Positions 9,553 to 18,501 of a stretch of 35,538 nt of DNA are shown here, in pieces. The translations under genes and the position numbers were made by a program. The notes under the pieces were generated by a model that worked only from the letters and a program-made list of their open reading frames with translations, had not been told where the DNA came from and did no database searches. The DNA is taken from positions 1-35,538 of IMG/VR virus record IMGVR_UViG_3300020042_002931. One strand, 5' to 3'. How positions within the stretch are numbered: position 1 is the first letter of the stretch; every line of letters begins with the position of its first letter. This stretch comes from a virus. Its lineage: Duplodnaviria; Caudoviricetes.

Positions 9553-9966
9553 ATGTCTACGGAAAAAATTGTAATGAATGCTTTGTTTGGAAAAACAGAA
9601 TTAGCAAGTCAAAAAGTAGAATTAGCAAATTTAAAAGATTTACAATCTGCTTCTGCTAAAGTAACAAAAGATTTAGCTGCAGGTCAAAAATACAAAGACC
9701 AATTAAATAAATTAAAAAATGAATCTTCTGTTTTAGCTAAAAAATTTATTGAATTTTCTGCAAGTGCAAAATCAGGAATGCCTTTATCTGCGAATTTATG
9801 GACTATGATAAAAGAAATTGAAAATTCAGCAAAAGAATTAGGTTTAGATGCTTCTAATACTCCTGCAGTACAAGATGCAAGAATGACTATGAATGCGTGG
9901 GAAGAATGGAAAAAAGAAGTTGCTGATATGGCTACAGAATCTTCTGAATACGCAAAAAGATTTTAA
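9553..9966 (+). CDS. Helical head-module protein of unknown function (possible internal virion protein)
   Basis: 137 aa with ELASQKVELA and AKELG motifs, between protease and scaffold. Confidence 0.6.
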   Translation: MSTEKIVMNALFGKTELASQKVELANLKDLQSASAKVTKDLAAGQKYKDQLNKLKNESSVLAKKFIEFSASAKSGMPLSANLWTMIKEIENSAKELGLDASNTPAVQDARMTMNAWEEWKKEVADMATESSEYAKRF

Positions 9967-9985
9967 TTAAATAAATAAATTAAAT

Positions 9986-10531
9986 ATGAATGTAATTAAT
10001 GAAATCAAAACTCTTTTGGGTATGGAAGTAAAACTTGCTCAAATGAAACTTAAAGATGGAGTTACTGTTATAGAAGCAGATGCTTTTGAAACTGATAATG
10101 CTGTTTTTATTGTAAACGGTGAGGATAGAATTCCTGTACCTGTTGGAGAATACGAAATGGAAGACGGAATGATTTTAGTAGTAGCCGTTGAGGGTGTTAT
10201 TGCTGAAATTAAAGAAGCTGTTGCTGAAGTTGAAGAAGCTCCTGAAGTAGAAGAAGAAGTTGAAGCACAAGCTGAAACAGTAGCTACTCCTAAAAGAATT
10301 GTTGAATCAGTTTCTAAAGAAATGTTCTTTGCAGAAATTGAAAAATTAAGAACTGAAATTGCTGAATTAAAATCAGTAAAAGAAGTTGTTAAAGAAGAAT
10401 TAAGTTCAGAAGTTGTTGTTGAACCATTAACACACTCACCTGAAGTTAAAAGCGAAGTTAAACTAAATAAAATATCAACTAATCGCATAATGACTACACA
10501 AGACGTAGTTAATGCAAAACTTTTTAATTAA
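9986..10531 (+). CDS. Capsid scaffolding protein
   Basis: Very acidic 181 aa with a coiled coil, immediately upstream of the capsid gene. Confidence 0.7.
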   Translation: MNVINEIKTLLGMEVKLAQMKLKDGVTVIEADAFETDNAVFIVNGEDRIPVPVGEYEMEDGMILVVAVEGVIAEIKEAVAEVEEAPEVEEEVEAQAETVATPKRIVESVSKEMFFAEIEKLRTEIAELKSVKEVVKEELSSEVVVEPLTHSPEVKSEVKLNKISTNRIMTTQDVVNAKLFN

Positions 10532-10537
10532 TAAATT

Positions 10538-11482
10538 ATGGCTACTACAACATCAATTACCACAACTTATGCTGGTGAAAATGCAGGAAAATACATCTCT
10601 GCTGCATTGCTTTCAGGTTCTACAATCGCTAATGGCGGTATTGAAGTAAAACCAAACATTAAATTTAAAGAAGTTATCAAAAGAATTGCTACAGATGCAC
10701 TTGTTAAAAATGCAACTTGTGATTTTGATGCTACTTCTACAGTTACATTAACTGAAAGAATTATTACTCCTGAGGAATTTCAAATAAATTTACAACTTTG
10801 TAAAAAAGATTTCCGTTCTGATTGGGATGCAATTTCTATGGGTTATTCTACCTTTGATAATTTGCCTCCAAGTTTTGCAGATTTCTTATTAGCACACGTT
10901 GCTTCTAAAGTTGCTGAAAAAACAGAACAAAACATTTGGAAGGGTGTTAATGCTACTGCTGGTGAATTTGACGGTTTTGTTACACTTGCTACTGCTGATG
11001 CTACTGTACTTGATGTAGCTTCTCCTGCTTCAGGTGGTGTTACTGCTGCTAACGTAATTGCTGAACTTGGAAAAGTTGTAGATTTAATTCCTGCTTCACT
11101 TTATGGAAAAGAAGACTTGTATCTTTACGTTTCACAATCCGTTGCTCGTGATTATATTCGTGCATTAGGAGGATTTGGTGCTGCTGGATTAGGTGCTAAC
11201 GGAACAAACGCACAAGGTACACAATGGTTCAATAACGGTTCATTATCTTTTGATGGTGTTAAAATCTTTGTTGCAACAGGAATGACTAACGATTATATGA
11301 TGGCTGCTCAAAAATCTAACTTATATTTTGGAACAGGTTTACTAAACGACCAAAACGAAGTAAAAGTTATTGATATGGCTGATATTGATGGTTCACAAAA
11401 TGTAAGAGTAGTAGCACGTTTTACAGCTACTGTTCAATATGGTATTGGTGCTGAAATTGTACTTTACACTCCTGCAGCATAA
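10538..11482 (+). CDS. Major capsid protein
   Basis: 314 aa with strongly biased codons; follows the scaffold and is followed by a terminator. Confidence 0.8.
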   Translation: MATTTSITTTYAGENAGKYISAALLSGSTIANGGIEVKPNIKFKEVIKRIATDALVKNATCDFDATSTVTLTERIITPEEFQINLQLCKKDFRSDWDAISMGYSTFDNLPPSFADFLLAHVASKVAEKTEQNIWKGVNATAGEFDGFVTLATADATVLDVASPASGGVTAANVIAELGKVVDLIPASLYGKEDLYLYVSQSVARDYIRALGGFGAAGLGANGTNAQGTQWFNNGSLSFDGVKIFVATGMTNDYMMAAQKSNLYFGTGLLNDQNEVKVIDMADIDGSQNVRVVARFTATVQYGIGAEIVLYTPAA

Positions 11483-11504
11483 TCATTATAATTAATAATT
11501 AAAT

Positions 11505-11535
11505 AAAGGGTAGGTAATATTGCTTACCCTTTTTT
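11505..11535 (+). terminator. Intrinsic terminator after MCP
   Basis: AAAGGGTAGGT...GCTTACCCTTT plus T-run. Confidence 0.8.
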
Positions 11536-11559
11536 ATTAACTTTAAAAAATATAAAACT

Positions 11560-12111
11560 ATGCCTTGCGATATTTCATTAGGAAGAGCCGAACAATGTAA
11601 AAATTCAATCGGTGGATTAAGAGCAGCATACTTCATTAATTGGGGTGATGCTACAACGGTAACATATTCTGCAACTGCAGGAAGTGAAGATGTAATAACT
11701 GCTTTAGGTGGAACTCCTATCGGTTACAAATATGAATTAAAAGGAAGTTCTACATTTGAGCAAACTTTAACTTCATCAAGAGAAAATGGAACTACATTTG
11801 TAGACCAAAAATTATCTTTAAGTATTAAAAAATTAACTGTTGCTGACCACAAACAGTTGAAATTACTTTCTTATGGTAGACCGCAAGTTATTGTAGAAGA
11901 TAACAATGGTAACTTCTTTTTAGCAGGTTTAACTAAAGGAATGGATTTAGTTACTTCAACTATTTCAAGTGGTGCTGGTATGGGCGATATGTCAGGTTAT
12001 AAAATTGAATTTCAAGGTATGGAACCTTTAGCAGCAAATTTTATAGTACCTACTGCTGGTACATTAGTTAGTGCAGTTTTAGCTTCTATTGTTGAAGGTA
12101 CTGTAGCATAA
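11560..12111 (+). CDS. Putative major tail (tube) protein, paralogue 1
   Basis: 183 aa, MPCDISLGRAEQCKNSIGG...SSRENGTTF...GRPQVIVEDNNG. Confidence 0.65.
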   Translation: MPCDISLGRAEQCKNSIGGLRAAYFINWGDATTVTYSATAGSEDVITALGGTPIGYKYELKGSSTFEQTLTSSRENGTTFVDQKLSLSIKKLTVADHKQLKLLSYGRPQVIVEDNNGNFFLAGLTKGMDLVTSTISSGAGMGDMSGYKIEFQGMEPLAANFIVPTAGTLVSAVLASIVEGTVA

Positions 12112-12134
12112 TATTAATTTTAAAAAAATATACT

Positions 12135-12674
12135 ATGCCTTGTGATATAACTTTGGGGAGAGCCGAACAATGTAAGAACGTTATAGGTGGAATAAGGGCA
12201 GTTTGGTTTTTTAATTATCTTAGTAGTACTGTTATAACTGTTGATGGCAATGATGTAATACAAAATGTATCAAATCCTGGTGACGCATCACTATATAAAT
12301 ACGAATTAAAGGGTGCATCAACTTTTGAACAAACAGTTACTTCGTCAAGAGAAAATGGTTCTGCTTTTGTAGAACAGAAATTAACTTTACATTTAAAGAA
12401 GTTATCTATTGCAGACCACAAACAACTTAAAATTTTAAGTTATGGTAGACCAAGAATATTTGTAGAAGATAACAACGGTAACATATTTTTAGCTGGAAAA
12501 GAAAAAGGTATGGAATTAACTTCTTCTACAATTTCTACAGGTGCAACGATGAGTGATATGTCAGGTTATAAATTAGAATTTGTAGGAACTGAATTTATTG
12601 CTGCTAATTTTATTCTCAATAACGATGTAGATGCTGTTGGATTAGAATTTATTGTTGTAGGTACTGTAGCATAA
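12135..12674 (+). CDS. Putative major tail (tube) protein, paralogue 2
   Basis: 179 aa, collinear with paralogue 1; same N-terminal motif and C-terminal GTVA. Confidence 0.65.
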   Translation: MPCDITLGRAEQCKNVIGGIRAVWFFNYLSSTVITVDGNDVIQNVSNPGDASLYKYELKGASTFEQTVTSSRENGSAFVEQKLTLHLKKLSIADHKQLKILSYGRPRIFVEDNNGNIFLAGKEKGMELTSSTISTGATMSDMSGYKLEFVGTEFIAANFILNNDVDAVGLEFIVVGTVA

Positions 12675-12693
12675 TTATTATTTGTTTTTTTTA

Positions 12694-12727
12694 AAAAAAG
12701 GTGTACTTTAATTAGTATGCCTTTTTT
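12694..12727 (+). terminator. Intrinsic terminator
   Basis: AAAAAAGGTGTACT-ttaatt-AGTATGCCTTTTTT. Confidence 0.8.
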
Positions 12728-12735
12728 GTTTTAAA

Positions 12736-12758
12736 ACAATTTGTATTTTAATTTATTA
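12736..12758 (+). promoter_or_regulatory. Putative late promoter ACAA-N13-TTATTA
   Basis: Directly after a terminator and upstream of the portal operon. Confidence 0.6.
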
Positions 12759-12774
12759 ATATAAAAAATATTGT

Positions 12775-13104
12775 ATGATAATTTTAAGAGAACAAAACAC
12801 ATCACAAAGTATAACATTTATTCCAAGAGTAATGAGTGCTACAACTATTGTTTTAAGAAATGAAACTACTAATGTAGAAACTACAATAGCAGCTAATTTT
12901 ACTGTATCAAGTTATTATTTAACTACAACAAATGTTTTAGCATTAAAAGAAAATACATTTTACAATTTAACTATTAAAAACGGTAACAATATAGTTTATA
13001 AAGATAAAATATTTTGTACAAATCAAGTTGTAGCAGATTTTACAGTTAATAAAAATGAATATGTAGCAAACACTACAACAAACGAATTTAAAATATATGA
13101 GTAA
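12775..13104 (+). CDS. Hypothetical virion protein (109 aa, beta-rich)
   Basis: ORF track; overlaps the portal start. Confidence 0.6.
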   Translation: MIILREQNTSQSITFIPRVMSATTIVLRNETTNVETTIAANFTVSSYYLTTTNVLALKENTFYNLTIKNGNNIVYKDKIFCTNQVVADFTVNKNEYVANTTTNEFKIYE

Positions 13105-14890
13105 TATATCAATAGTAAATTTAAGTGCTTACACAAGCCCTGTAATACAAGAAAATAAAAAGAACAATTACATTGAATACGGAAGTGATAACAATTACTT
13201 TCAATATTTAATTGATAGATATTTATATAGTGCTACAAATGGTGCTATTATAACAGGTGTTACAAATATGATTTATGGTAAAGGATTAGATGCTTTAGAT
13301 TCTAATAAAAAGCCAAATGAATATGCACAAATGAAGTCTATTATAAAAGATTCTGATTTAAAGAAAATAGCTTTAGAACGTAAACTTTTAGGAATGGCTG
13401 CTATGCAAGTTGTAATGGAAAACAAACAAGTAAAACAAGTACTTCATTTTCCAATGCACACATTACGAGCAGAAAAATGCAATGACAAAGGACAGATTGA
13501 AGCGTGGTATTATCATTATGATTGGACTAAAAAGAAACCAAGTGAAGAAATTAAAAGAATACCTGCCTTTGGTTTTGGAAATGGTAATGAAGTTGAAATA
13601 TATGTTATACAACCTTATGTAAGTGGGTTTGATTATTATAGTCCTATAGATTATAGTGGTTCTTTACCTTATGCTTTGCTTGAAGAAAATATAGCAGATT
13701 ATCAAATCAATGATTGTCAAAACGGTTTTAGTGGAACAAAAGTTATTAATTTTAATAATGGTGTTCCTACAGAGGAAATGCGGGATAAATTGAAACGTGA
13801 AGTACTTGGAAAACTAACAGGTGCAAGAGGAGAAAAAGTAATTGTAGCTTTTAATGCTAATGCAGAAAGTAAAACAACTGTTGAGGATTTACCTTTAAAT
13901 GATGCTCCTGCTCATTATGAATATTTGTCTAAAGAATGTTTTGATAAATTAATTGTAGGTCATAGAGTTACAAGTCCTATGTTATTAGGAATACGAACAG
14001 GCGATGGTGGATTAGGTAACAATGCAGACGAAATAAAGACTGCTACGCTATTATTTGATAATATAGTTATAAAACCATACCAACTTGAAATAATTGATGC
14101 TATTGATGAAATATTAGCGGTTAATAATATATCATTAAAATTATATTTTAAAACAATACAACCATTAGAATTTGTTGATATTGAAGGTATGAATAAAGAA
14201 ACTACAGAAGAGGAAACAGGGGTTAAAATGTGTTCACATAATTTAGCCACAGATTCTATTGCAGATTTGTTAATTGAAAAAGGAGAAACATTAAGTGATG
14301 AATGGGTTTTAATTGATGAAACTGAAGTAGATTACGATACAGAAGATGAATTAGATTTAGAAATAAATACTTTAAATAATAAAAAGAAAAGCACATTATC
14401 TAAAATATGGAAATTTATTACTTCAACTGGAACTGCAAGACCAAATATTAAAAGTCCAGAACAAGACAAAGTAATTGATGGAGTTCAGTTTGTTACAAGA
14501 TATGTTTATAGTGGTGATTTAAGCGGTGAACGTGAATTTTGCAGTAAAATGTTACGTTCAGACAAAGTATATCGTAAAGAAGATATTATAAATATGGAAA
14601 CGCAAGTTGTTAATGCTGGTTTTGGAGAAAATGGTTCTGATTCTTATTCTGTCTGGTTTTTTAAGGGCGGACCACGATGCAATCATAAATGGTTGCGTAG
14701 AACTTATGCTAATTTTGATGGTGTTAAAATTGACCCTACAAATCCGAATGCAAAAGCTATTAGTTCTGCAACTGCAGAAAAATATGGTTATAGAATTAGA
14801 AATGATAAAGAAGTAGCTATGAAACCAAGTGATATGCCTACAAAAGGTTATACACAAGCGTATTGGGATAAAATGGGATATACAAACTAA
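13097..14890 (+). CDS. Portal protein with C-terminal extension
   Basis: N-terminal ~360 aa portal-like (HRVTSPMLLG...PYQ); acidic linker; C-terminal REFC...KGGPRCNHKW region. Confidence 0.7.
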   Translation: MSNISIVNLSAYTSPVIQENKKNNYIEYGSDNNYFQYLIDRYLYSATNGAIITGVTNMIYGKGLDALDSNKKPNEYAQMKSIIKDSDLKKIALERKLLGMAAMQVVMENKQVKQVLHFPMHTLRAEKCNDKGQIEAWYYHYDWTKKKPSEEIKRIPAFGFGNGNEVEIYVIQPYVSGFDYYSPIDYSGSLPYALLEENIADYQINDCQNGFSGTKVINFNNGVPTEEMRDKLKREVLGKLTGARGEKVIVAFNANAESKTTVEDLPLNDAPAHYEYLSKECFDKLIVGHRVTSPMLLGIRTGDGGLGNNADEIKTATLLFDNIVIKPYQLEIIDAIDEILAVNNISLKLYFKTIQPLEFVDIEGMNKETTEEETGVKMCSHNLATDSIADLLIEKGETLSDEWVLIDETEVDYDTEDELDLEINTLNNKKKSTLSKIWKFITSTGTARPNIKSPEQDKVIDGVQFVTRYVYSGDLSGEREFCSKMLRSDKVYRKEDIINMETQVVNAGFGENGSDSYSVWFFKGGPRCNHKWLRRTYANFDGVKIDPTNPNAKAISSATAEKYGYRIRNDKEVAMKPSDMPTKGYTQAYWDKMGYTN

Positions 14891-14897
14891 TTAAGAT

Positions 14898-15398
14898 ATG
14901 GCACAAGGATTATTTATAAGTACAAATGATATAGTTAAATTTACTAATTTGAATGGTAATTTAGACCCTGATACATATACACAATATATCTTTCAGGCAC
15001 AACAGTTACATATTCAAAATTATTTAGGCACAAAACTATATAATAAAATTAATGATGGAATTGTAGCAGGTAATTTAGCAGCACCATATACAACGCTTTT
15101 AAGCGTATATATTAAACCAATGGTAATACATTGGGCTATGGTAGAGTTTTTACCTTACGCAGCATATAAAGTAACAAATAAAGGAGTATTTAAACATAGT
15201 TCTGAAAGTAGTACATCTGTAGAAAAGAATGAAATAGACTTTTTAATTGAAAAAGAACGTGATGTTGCACAAAGTTATACAAATAGATTTATTAATTATA
15301 TGAGTTTTAACCAAGTTTCTTTTCCTGAATATAACACAAATTCAAATTCAGATGTATTCCCGGATAAAGATGCAAACTTTACAGGATGGATTTTATAA
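14898..15398 (+). CDS. Putative head-tail adaptor
   Basis: 166-aa helical protein following the portal; function inferred from size and position. Confidence 0.5.
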   Translation: MAQGLFISTNDIVKFTNLNGNLDPDTYTQYIFQAQQLHIQNYLGTKLYNKINDGIVAGNLAAPYTTLLSVYIKPMVIHWAMVEFLPYAAYKVTNKGVFKHSSESSTSVEKNEIDFLIEKERDVAQSYTNRFINYMSFNQVSFPEYNTNSNSDVFPDKDANFTGWIL

Positions 15399-15400
15399 TT

Positions 15401-15487
15401 ATGAGTGTAAAAGAAACATATAAACCGAAAGAAGTAAACGTAAAGAAATTAGAAATTTTTTTAAATAAATTACAGAATGGCAAATAG
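15401..15487 (+). CDS. 28-aa hypothetical protein (MSVKETYKPKEVNVKKLEIFL...)
   Basis: Fills the gap and overlaps the next start. Confidence 0.5.
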   Translation: MSVKETYKPKEVNVKKLEIFLNKLQNGK

Positions 15488-15722
15488 TATAGGTTGGGGT
15501 CAAGGAGCAAATAACAATAATATAGGTTGGGGACAAGGTGCTTTTAACAATCTTATTTCTTGGGGTAAATCACATTATTCAAGTTATAGTGGAGAAACAG
15601 ATATTGTAGGAAATGAGGGCGGAATAACATTTAATTTTACAACAAGAGTTTTAGCTGATTCAGGTATATTTGAAGCACAATCTTGCTTATTAACAACATT
15701 AACAAATTTAGATAGTATATGA
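15477..15722 (+). CDS. Small virion protein with WG repeats (IGWGQGA x2, ISWGKS)
   Basis: ORF track; internal repeats are visible. Confidence 0.6.
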   Translation: MANSIGWGQGANNNNIGWGQGAFNNLISWGKSHYSSYSGETDIVGNEGGITFNFTTRVLADSGIFEAQSCLLTTLTNLDSI

Positions 15723-16699
15723 GTTTATTAGATAAAGCAAGTTTGGTAGTAACTCCGAATTCGTATAAAGAAAGTAAGTTATATTCAGTAATTCCAAACA
15801 CAACTTTGGGCGATATGGATGTAGTTCGTGCTACAACAGCAACGAGAGTTAATAGTGCAGGATTGATTGAAAGCGTAGCTGTAAACGTACCCCGTATTGA
15901 TTACACAAACGGAAGTTGTCCAAGTATATTGGTAGAGCCACAAAGAACTAATTTGATTTTTCCAAGTGCTACACTAACAACACAAACAAGAACAGTAACG
16001 GCAGTTTCCCATACTTTATCTTTTTACGGAACAGGTTCAATAGTTCTTTCGGGAGTTCATTCGGCAACATTAACAGGAACAGGAGCAAATAATAGAGTAA
16101 CTTTAACCTTTACGCCAACAGCAGGAAGTTTAATTTTAACAGTTACAGGAAGCGTTACAAATGCTCAATTAGAAGTAGGTTCATACCCAACTTCATACAT
16201 TCCAACAGTTGCATCTACCGTAACTCGTAACGCTGATGTAATATCTAAAACAGGGATAAGTAGTTTAATAGGGCAAACAGAGGGGACTGCGTTTGTAGAT
16301 TTTGTAGTTTATAATAATAACGATACCGTTCCTATATCTTTAGTAAATAATAATTGGTACACTGGTGCAAGTATGTTTTTACAAATCAATACAAGTGGAA
16401 ATTTTCAAATAACAGGATTTAATAATACTGTTTTGTTGATTTCATTTGATACTGGAGTCGCTGCAGTTAAAAATCAAAGATATAAATGTTCTTTAGTTTA
16501 TAATAATACAATTTTAAAACTTTTTATAAATGGTACTTTAATAACTACAAATACCATAGCAACAGCAATTGTAGCAAATAATCTATTTTTGTCTTTATTA
16601 GATACAGGCATTGATAAATACGGACAAAATTATAATTCTATTCAACTTTATAAGACTGCATTAAGCAATACAGAAATGGCAACTTTAACAACCCTATAA
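15719..16699 (+). CDS. Fibre/spike-like protein with probable C-terminal LamG/ConA-like lectin domain
   Basis: RATTATRVN...PRIDY...EPQRTNL and AQLEVGSYPTSYIPT motifs; C-terminal LKLFINGTL...IQLYKTALSNTE. Confidence 0.65.
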   Translation: MSLLDKASLVVTPNSYKESKLYSVIPNTTLGDMDVVRATTATRVNSAGLIESVAVNVPRIDYTNGSCPSILVEPQRTNLIFPSATLTTQTRTVTAVSHTLSFYGTGSIVLSGVHSATLTGTGANNRVTLTFTPTAGSLILTVTGSVTNAQLEVGSYPTSYIPTVASTVTRNADVISKTGISSLIGQTEGTAFVDFVVYNNNDTVPISLVNNNWYTGASMFLQINTSGNFQITGFNNTVLLISFDTGVAAVKNQRYKCSLVYNNTILKLFINGTLITTNTIATAIVANNLFLSLLDTGIDKYGQNYNSIQLYKTALSNTEMATLTTL

Positions 16700-16980
16700 T
16701 GGAAATTTATAAATTAAATTACAAAGACAAAGAAACTGCAATAGCTGATTTATTAGCTAAAGGAGTTTACGTTGAAGTTAAAGACTTAAACGATGAGCCA
16801 CAATTAACATACGGTAAAGGAATACAAGCGGTTGTTGAAATTGGTAAAATAGTTTTAGAAAATGGAACTTACGACGTAATGAGTGATATTGAAATAGTTT
16901 TTGAAAGTGAAATATTCCCTAACAATCCAAGACATAATTTTGCTGGATGTGAGCCAATTAAAGAAATAGATTTTGAGTAA
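16699..16980 (+). CDS. Hypothetical protein, possible fibre-associated chaperone
   Basis: 93 aa, translationally coupled to the fibre gene. Confidence 0.55.
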   Translation: MEIYKLNYKDKETAIADLLAKGVYVEVKDLNDEPQLTYGKGIQAVVEIGKIVLENGTYDVMSDIEIVFESEIFPNNPRHNFAGCEPIKEIDFE

Positions 16981-17155
16981 AGAGCAATTTGATATAATAT
17001 TATCTAAATGGATTTCACGCAAGTTGTTAGTTTTTTTAATAGCTTGTGGAGGTTTATTTAGTGGAACATTAACGAGTGCTGATTGGGTTGTTATTGCAAC
17101 GGCTTACATAGGAATAGAAGGAATTACAAACATAGTTGAAAGATTAAGAAAATGA
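16973..17155 (+). CDS. Holin-like membrane protein
   Basis: 60 aa with two hydrophobic segments and an SRKLL motif, upstream of the lysozyme. Confidence 0.6.
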   Translation: MSKEQFDIILSKWISRKLLVFLIACGGLFSGTLTSADWVVIATAYIGIEGITNIVERLRK

Positions 17156-17325
17156 AACAATACTTTTTAGATTTAAAATTATCATTATTTACAGGAACTT
17201 ATTTTTTAATATCTTTTACTGATGTAGATGCTGCAATGAAAATATTAGCTTTTATAGCTGCCACAGGATATACTTTAAGACGTTGGTATATATTAGAAAA
17301 AAACAATAAAGATGAAGCTAAATAA
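17152..17325 (+). CDS. Second small membrane protein (holin/antiholin candidate, 57 aa)
   Basis: MKQYFLDLKLSLFTGTYFLISFTDVDAAMKILAFIAATGYTLRRWY...; overlaps both neighbours. Confidence 0.6.
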   Translation: MKQYFLDLKLSLFTGTYFLISFTDVDAAMKILAFIAATGYTLRRWYILEKNNKDEAK

Positions 17326-17758
17326 TGCTGGATATTTACTTATTACAGAATTTGAAGGGTATAGTGCAAAACCTTATTTATGTTCTGCAAAAGTACCGAC
17401 AATAGGTTATGGTAATACATATTACAGTAATGGGAAACGTGTAACTTTATTAGATAAAGAAACAACTAAAGTACAAGCGTTTGAAATGTTTAAAACTATT
17501 GCAGATAGATTTGCAAGTAAAGTTTCTAATTTAGTTAAAACACCTTTAAATCAAAATCAGTTTAATGCTTGTGTATCTTTAGCATATAATATTGGAATGG
17601 CAAATTTTATGAATAGTACACTTTTAAAATTAGTTAATAAAAATCACAATGATATTTTAATAGGATTAGAATTTAAGAAGTGGAATAAAGTAAATAAAAA
17701 AGAAGTTGCAGGTTTAACAAAAAGAAGAAAATATGAAAGCGATATATATTTTAGTTAG
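17312..17758 (+). CDS. Endolysin, GH24 (T4-like) lysozyme
   Basis: FEG...YLC...PTIGYG, NQNQFNACVSLAYNIG and GLTKRR motifs. Confidence 0.92.
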   Translation: MKLNNAGYLLITEFEGYSAKPYLCSAKVPTIGYGNTYYSNGKRVTLLDKETTKVQAFEMFKTIADRFASKVSNLVKTPLNQNQFNACVSLAYNIGMANFMNSTLLKLVNKNHNDILIGLEFKKWNKVNKKEVAGLTKRRKYESDIYFS

Positions 17759-18179
17759 TTTAGTTTTATTTAGTTGTGGTTCAAGAAAAGTAGCAATACA
17801 GGAAATTAAAAAAGATTCTTTGAAACAAATAGAAACTAAAATTGTTACAAAAGAAGAAACAAATATTGCTATTAAAAACGATATTTATACAGATGAATTT
17901 ACTATTACACCTTTAGATACTTTAAAAGATATTGTAATAAACGGTATAACGTACAAAAACGTTGTTTTAAGATACAAAAAAGTAAAAGATAATAGTTTAC
18001 ATATAGAAAAGAAAATAGTGTCTAAGAATGAACTAAAAAAGGAGTTAATTAAAACTTCAGTTAAAGAATTTAAAAAGGATATAGATAGAAAACAGAATTA
18101 TTGGAATTATTTGTGGTTGTTATTAATTCCATTAATCATCTATTTATATAAAAATTTAAAATCAAGTTTCTTTTTTTAA
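17733..18179 (+). CDS. Putative unimolecular spanin
   Basis: Lipoprotein signal (LVLFSC) plus C-terminal TM segment (YLWLLLIPLIIYLY), directly after the endolysin. Confidence 0.6.
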   Translation: MKAIYILVSLVLFSCGSRKVAIQEIKKDSLKQIETKIVTKEETNIAIKNDIYTDEFTITPLDTLKDIVINGITYKNVVLRYKKVKDNSLHIEKKIVSKNELKKELIKTSVKEFKKDIDRKQNYWNYLWLLLIPLIIYLYKNLKSSFFF

Positions 18180-18291
18180 GTTTTTTGTAGCCAAGCCCTC
18201 CACTTACTTTGTTTTTATAAACTTTTTTTGCTTTTTTTTTGTCTATTTATTTTGTTTTTTTTAAATGTTTATTTTGTTTTTTGCAACACGG

Positions 18292-18299
18292 CAAAGTTA
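18292..18299 (-). promoter_or_regulatory. Possible leftward -7 box (TAACTTTG)
   Basis: CAAAGTTA on the + strand; intergenic, divergent from the 18389 promoter. Confidence 0.35.
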
Positions 18300-18341
18300 T
18301 AAGATAAAAATTAAAAAGGTTCACTTTTTAAAATAAAGTTT

Positions 18342-18396
18342 TTAACACGATTGTTAATAAAATAAAATTGTATATCTAAATAAATTTATATCTTTG
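18342..18396 (+). promoter_or_regulatory. Promoter (TATCTTTG) for the methyltransferase operon
   Basis: TAnnTTTG at 18389-18396; TTAAC-N6-GTTAA upstream. Confidence 0.6.
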
Positions 18397-18501
18397 TAAA
18401 AGAATTGTGCATAATTCAAACAACTAAAAACATTAATAGCTTTTAAGCGTTAGTAGGTATGCACACCGAAAGCGTTTAAATGCTTTTTTATTTAAAAAAA
18501 T

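Noticed and set aside
14607-14816. 69-aa + strand ORF inside the portal gene
   Set aside because: Alternative-frame artefact with no supporting signal.
16860-16885. Possible internal deletion in the 93-aa protein at GTYDVMSD
   Set aside because: Based only on my unverified recollection of longer homologues; nothing in this window supports it.
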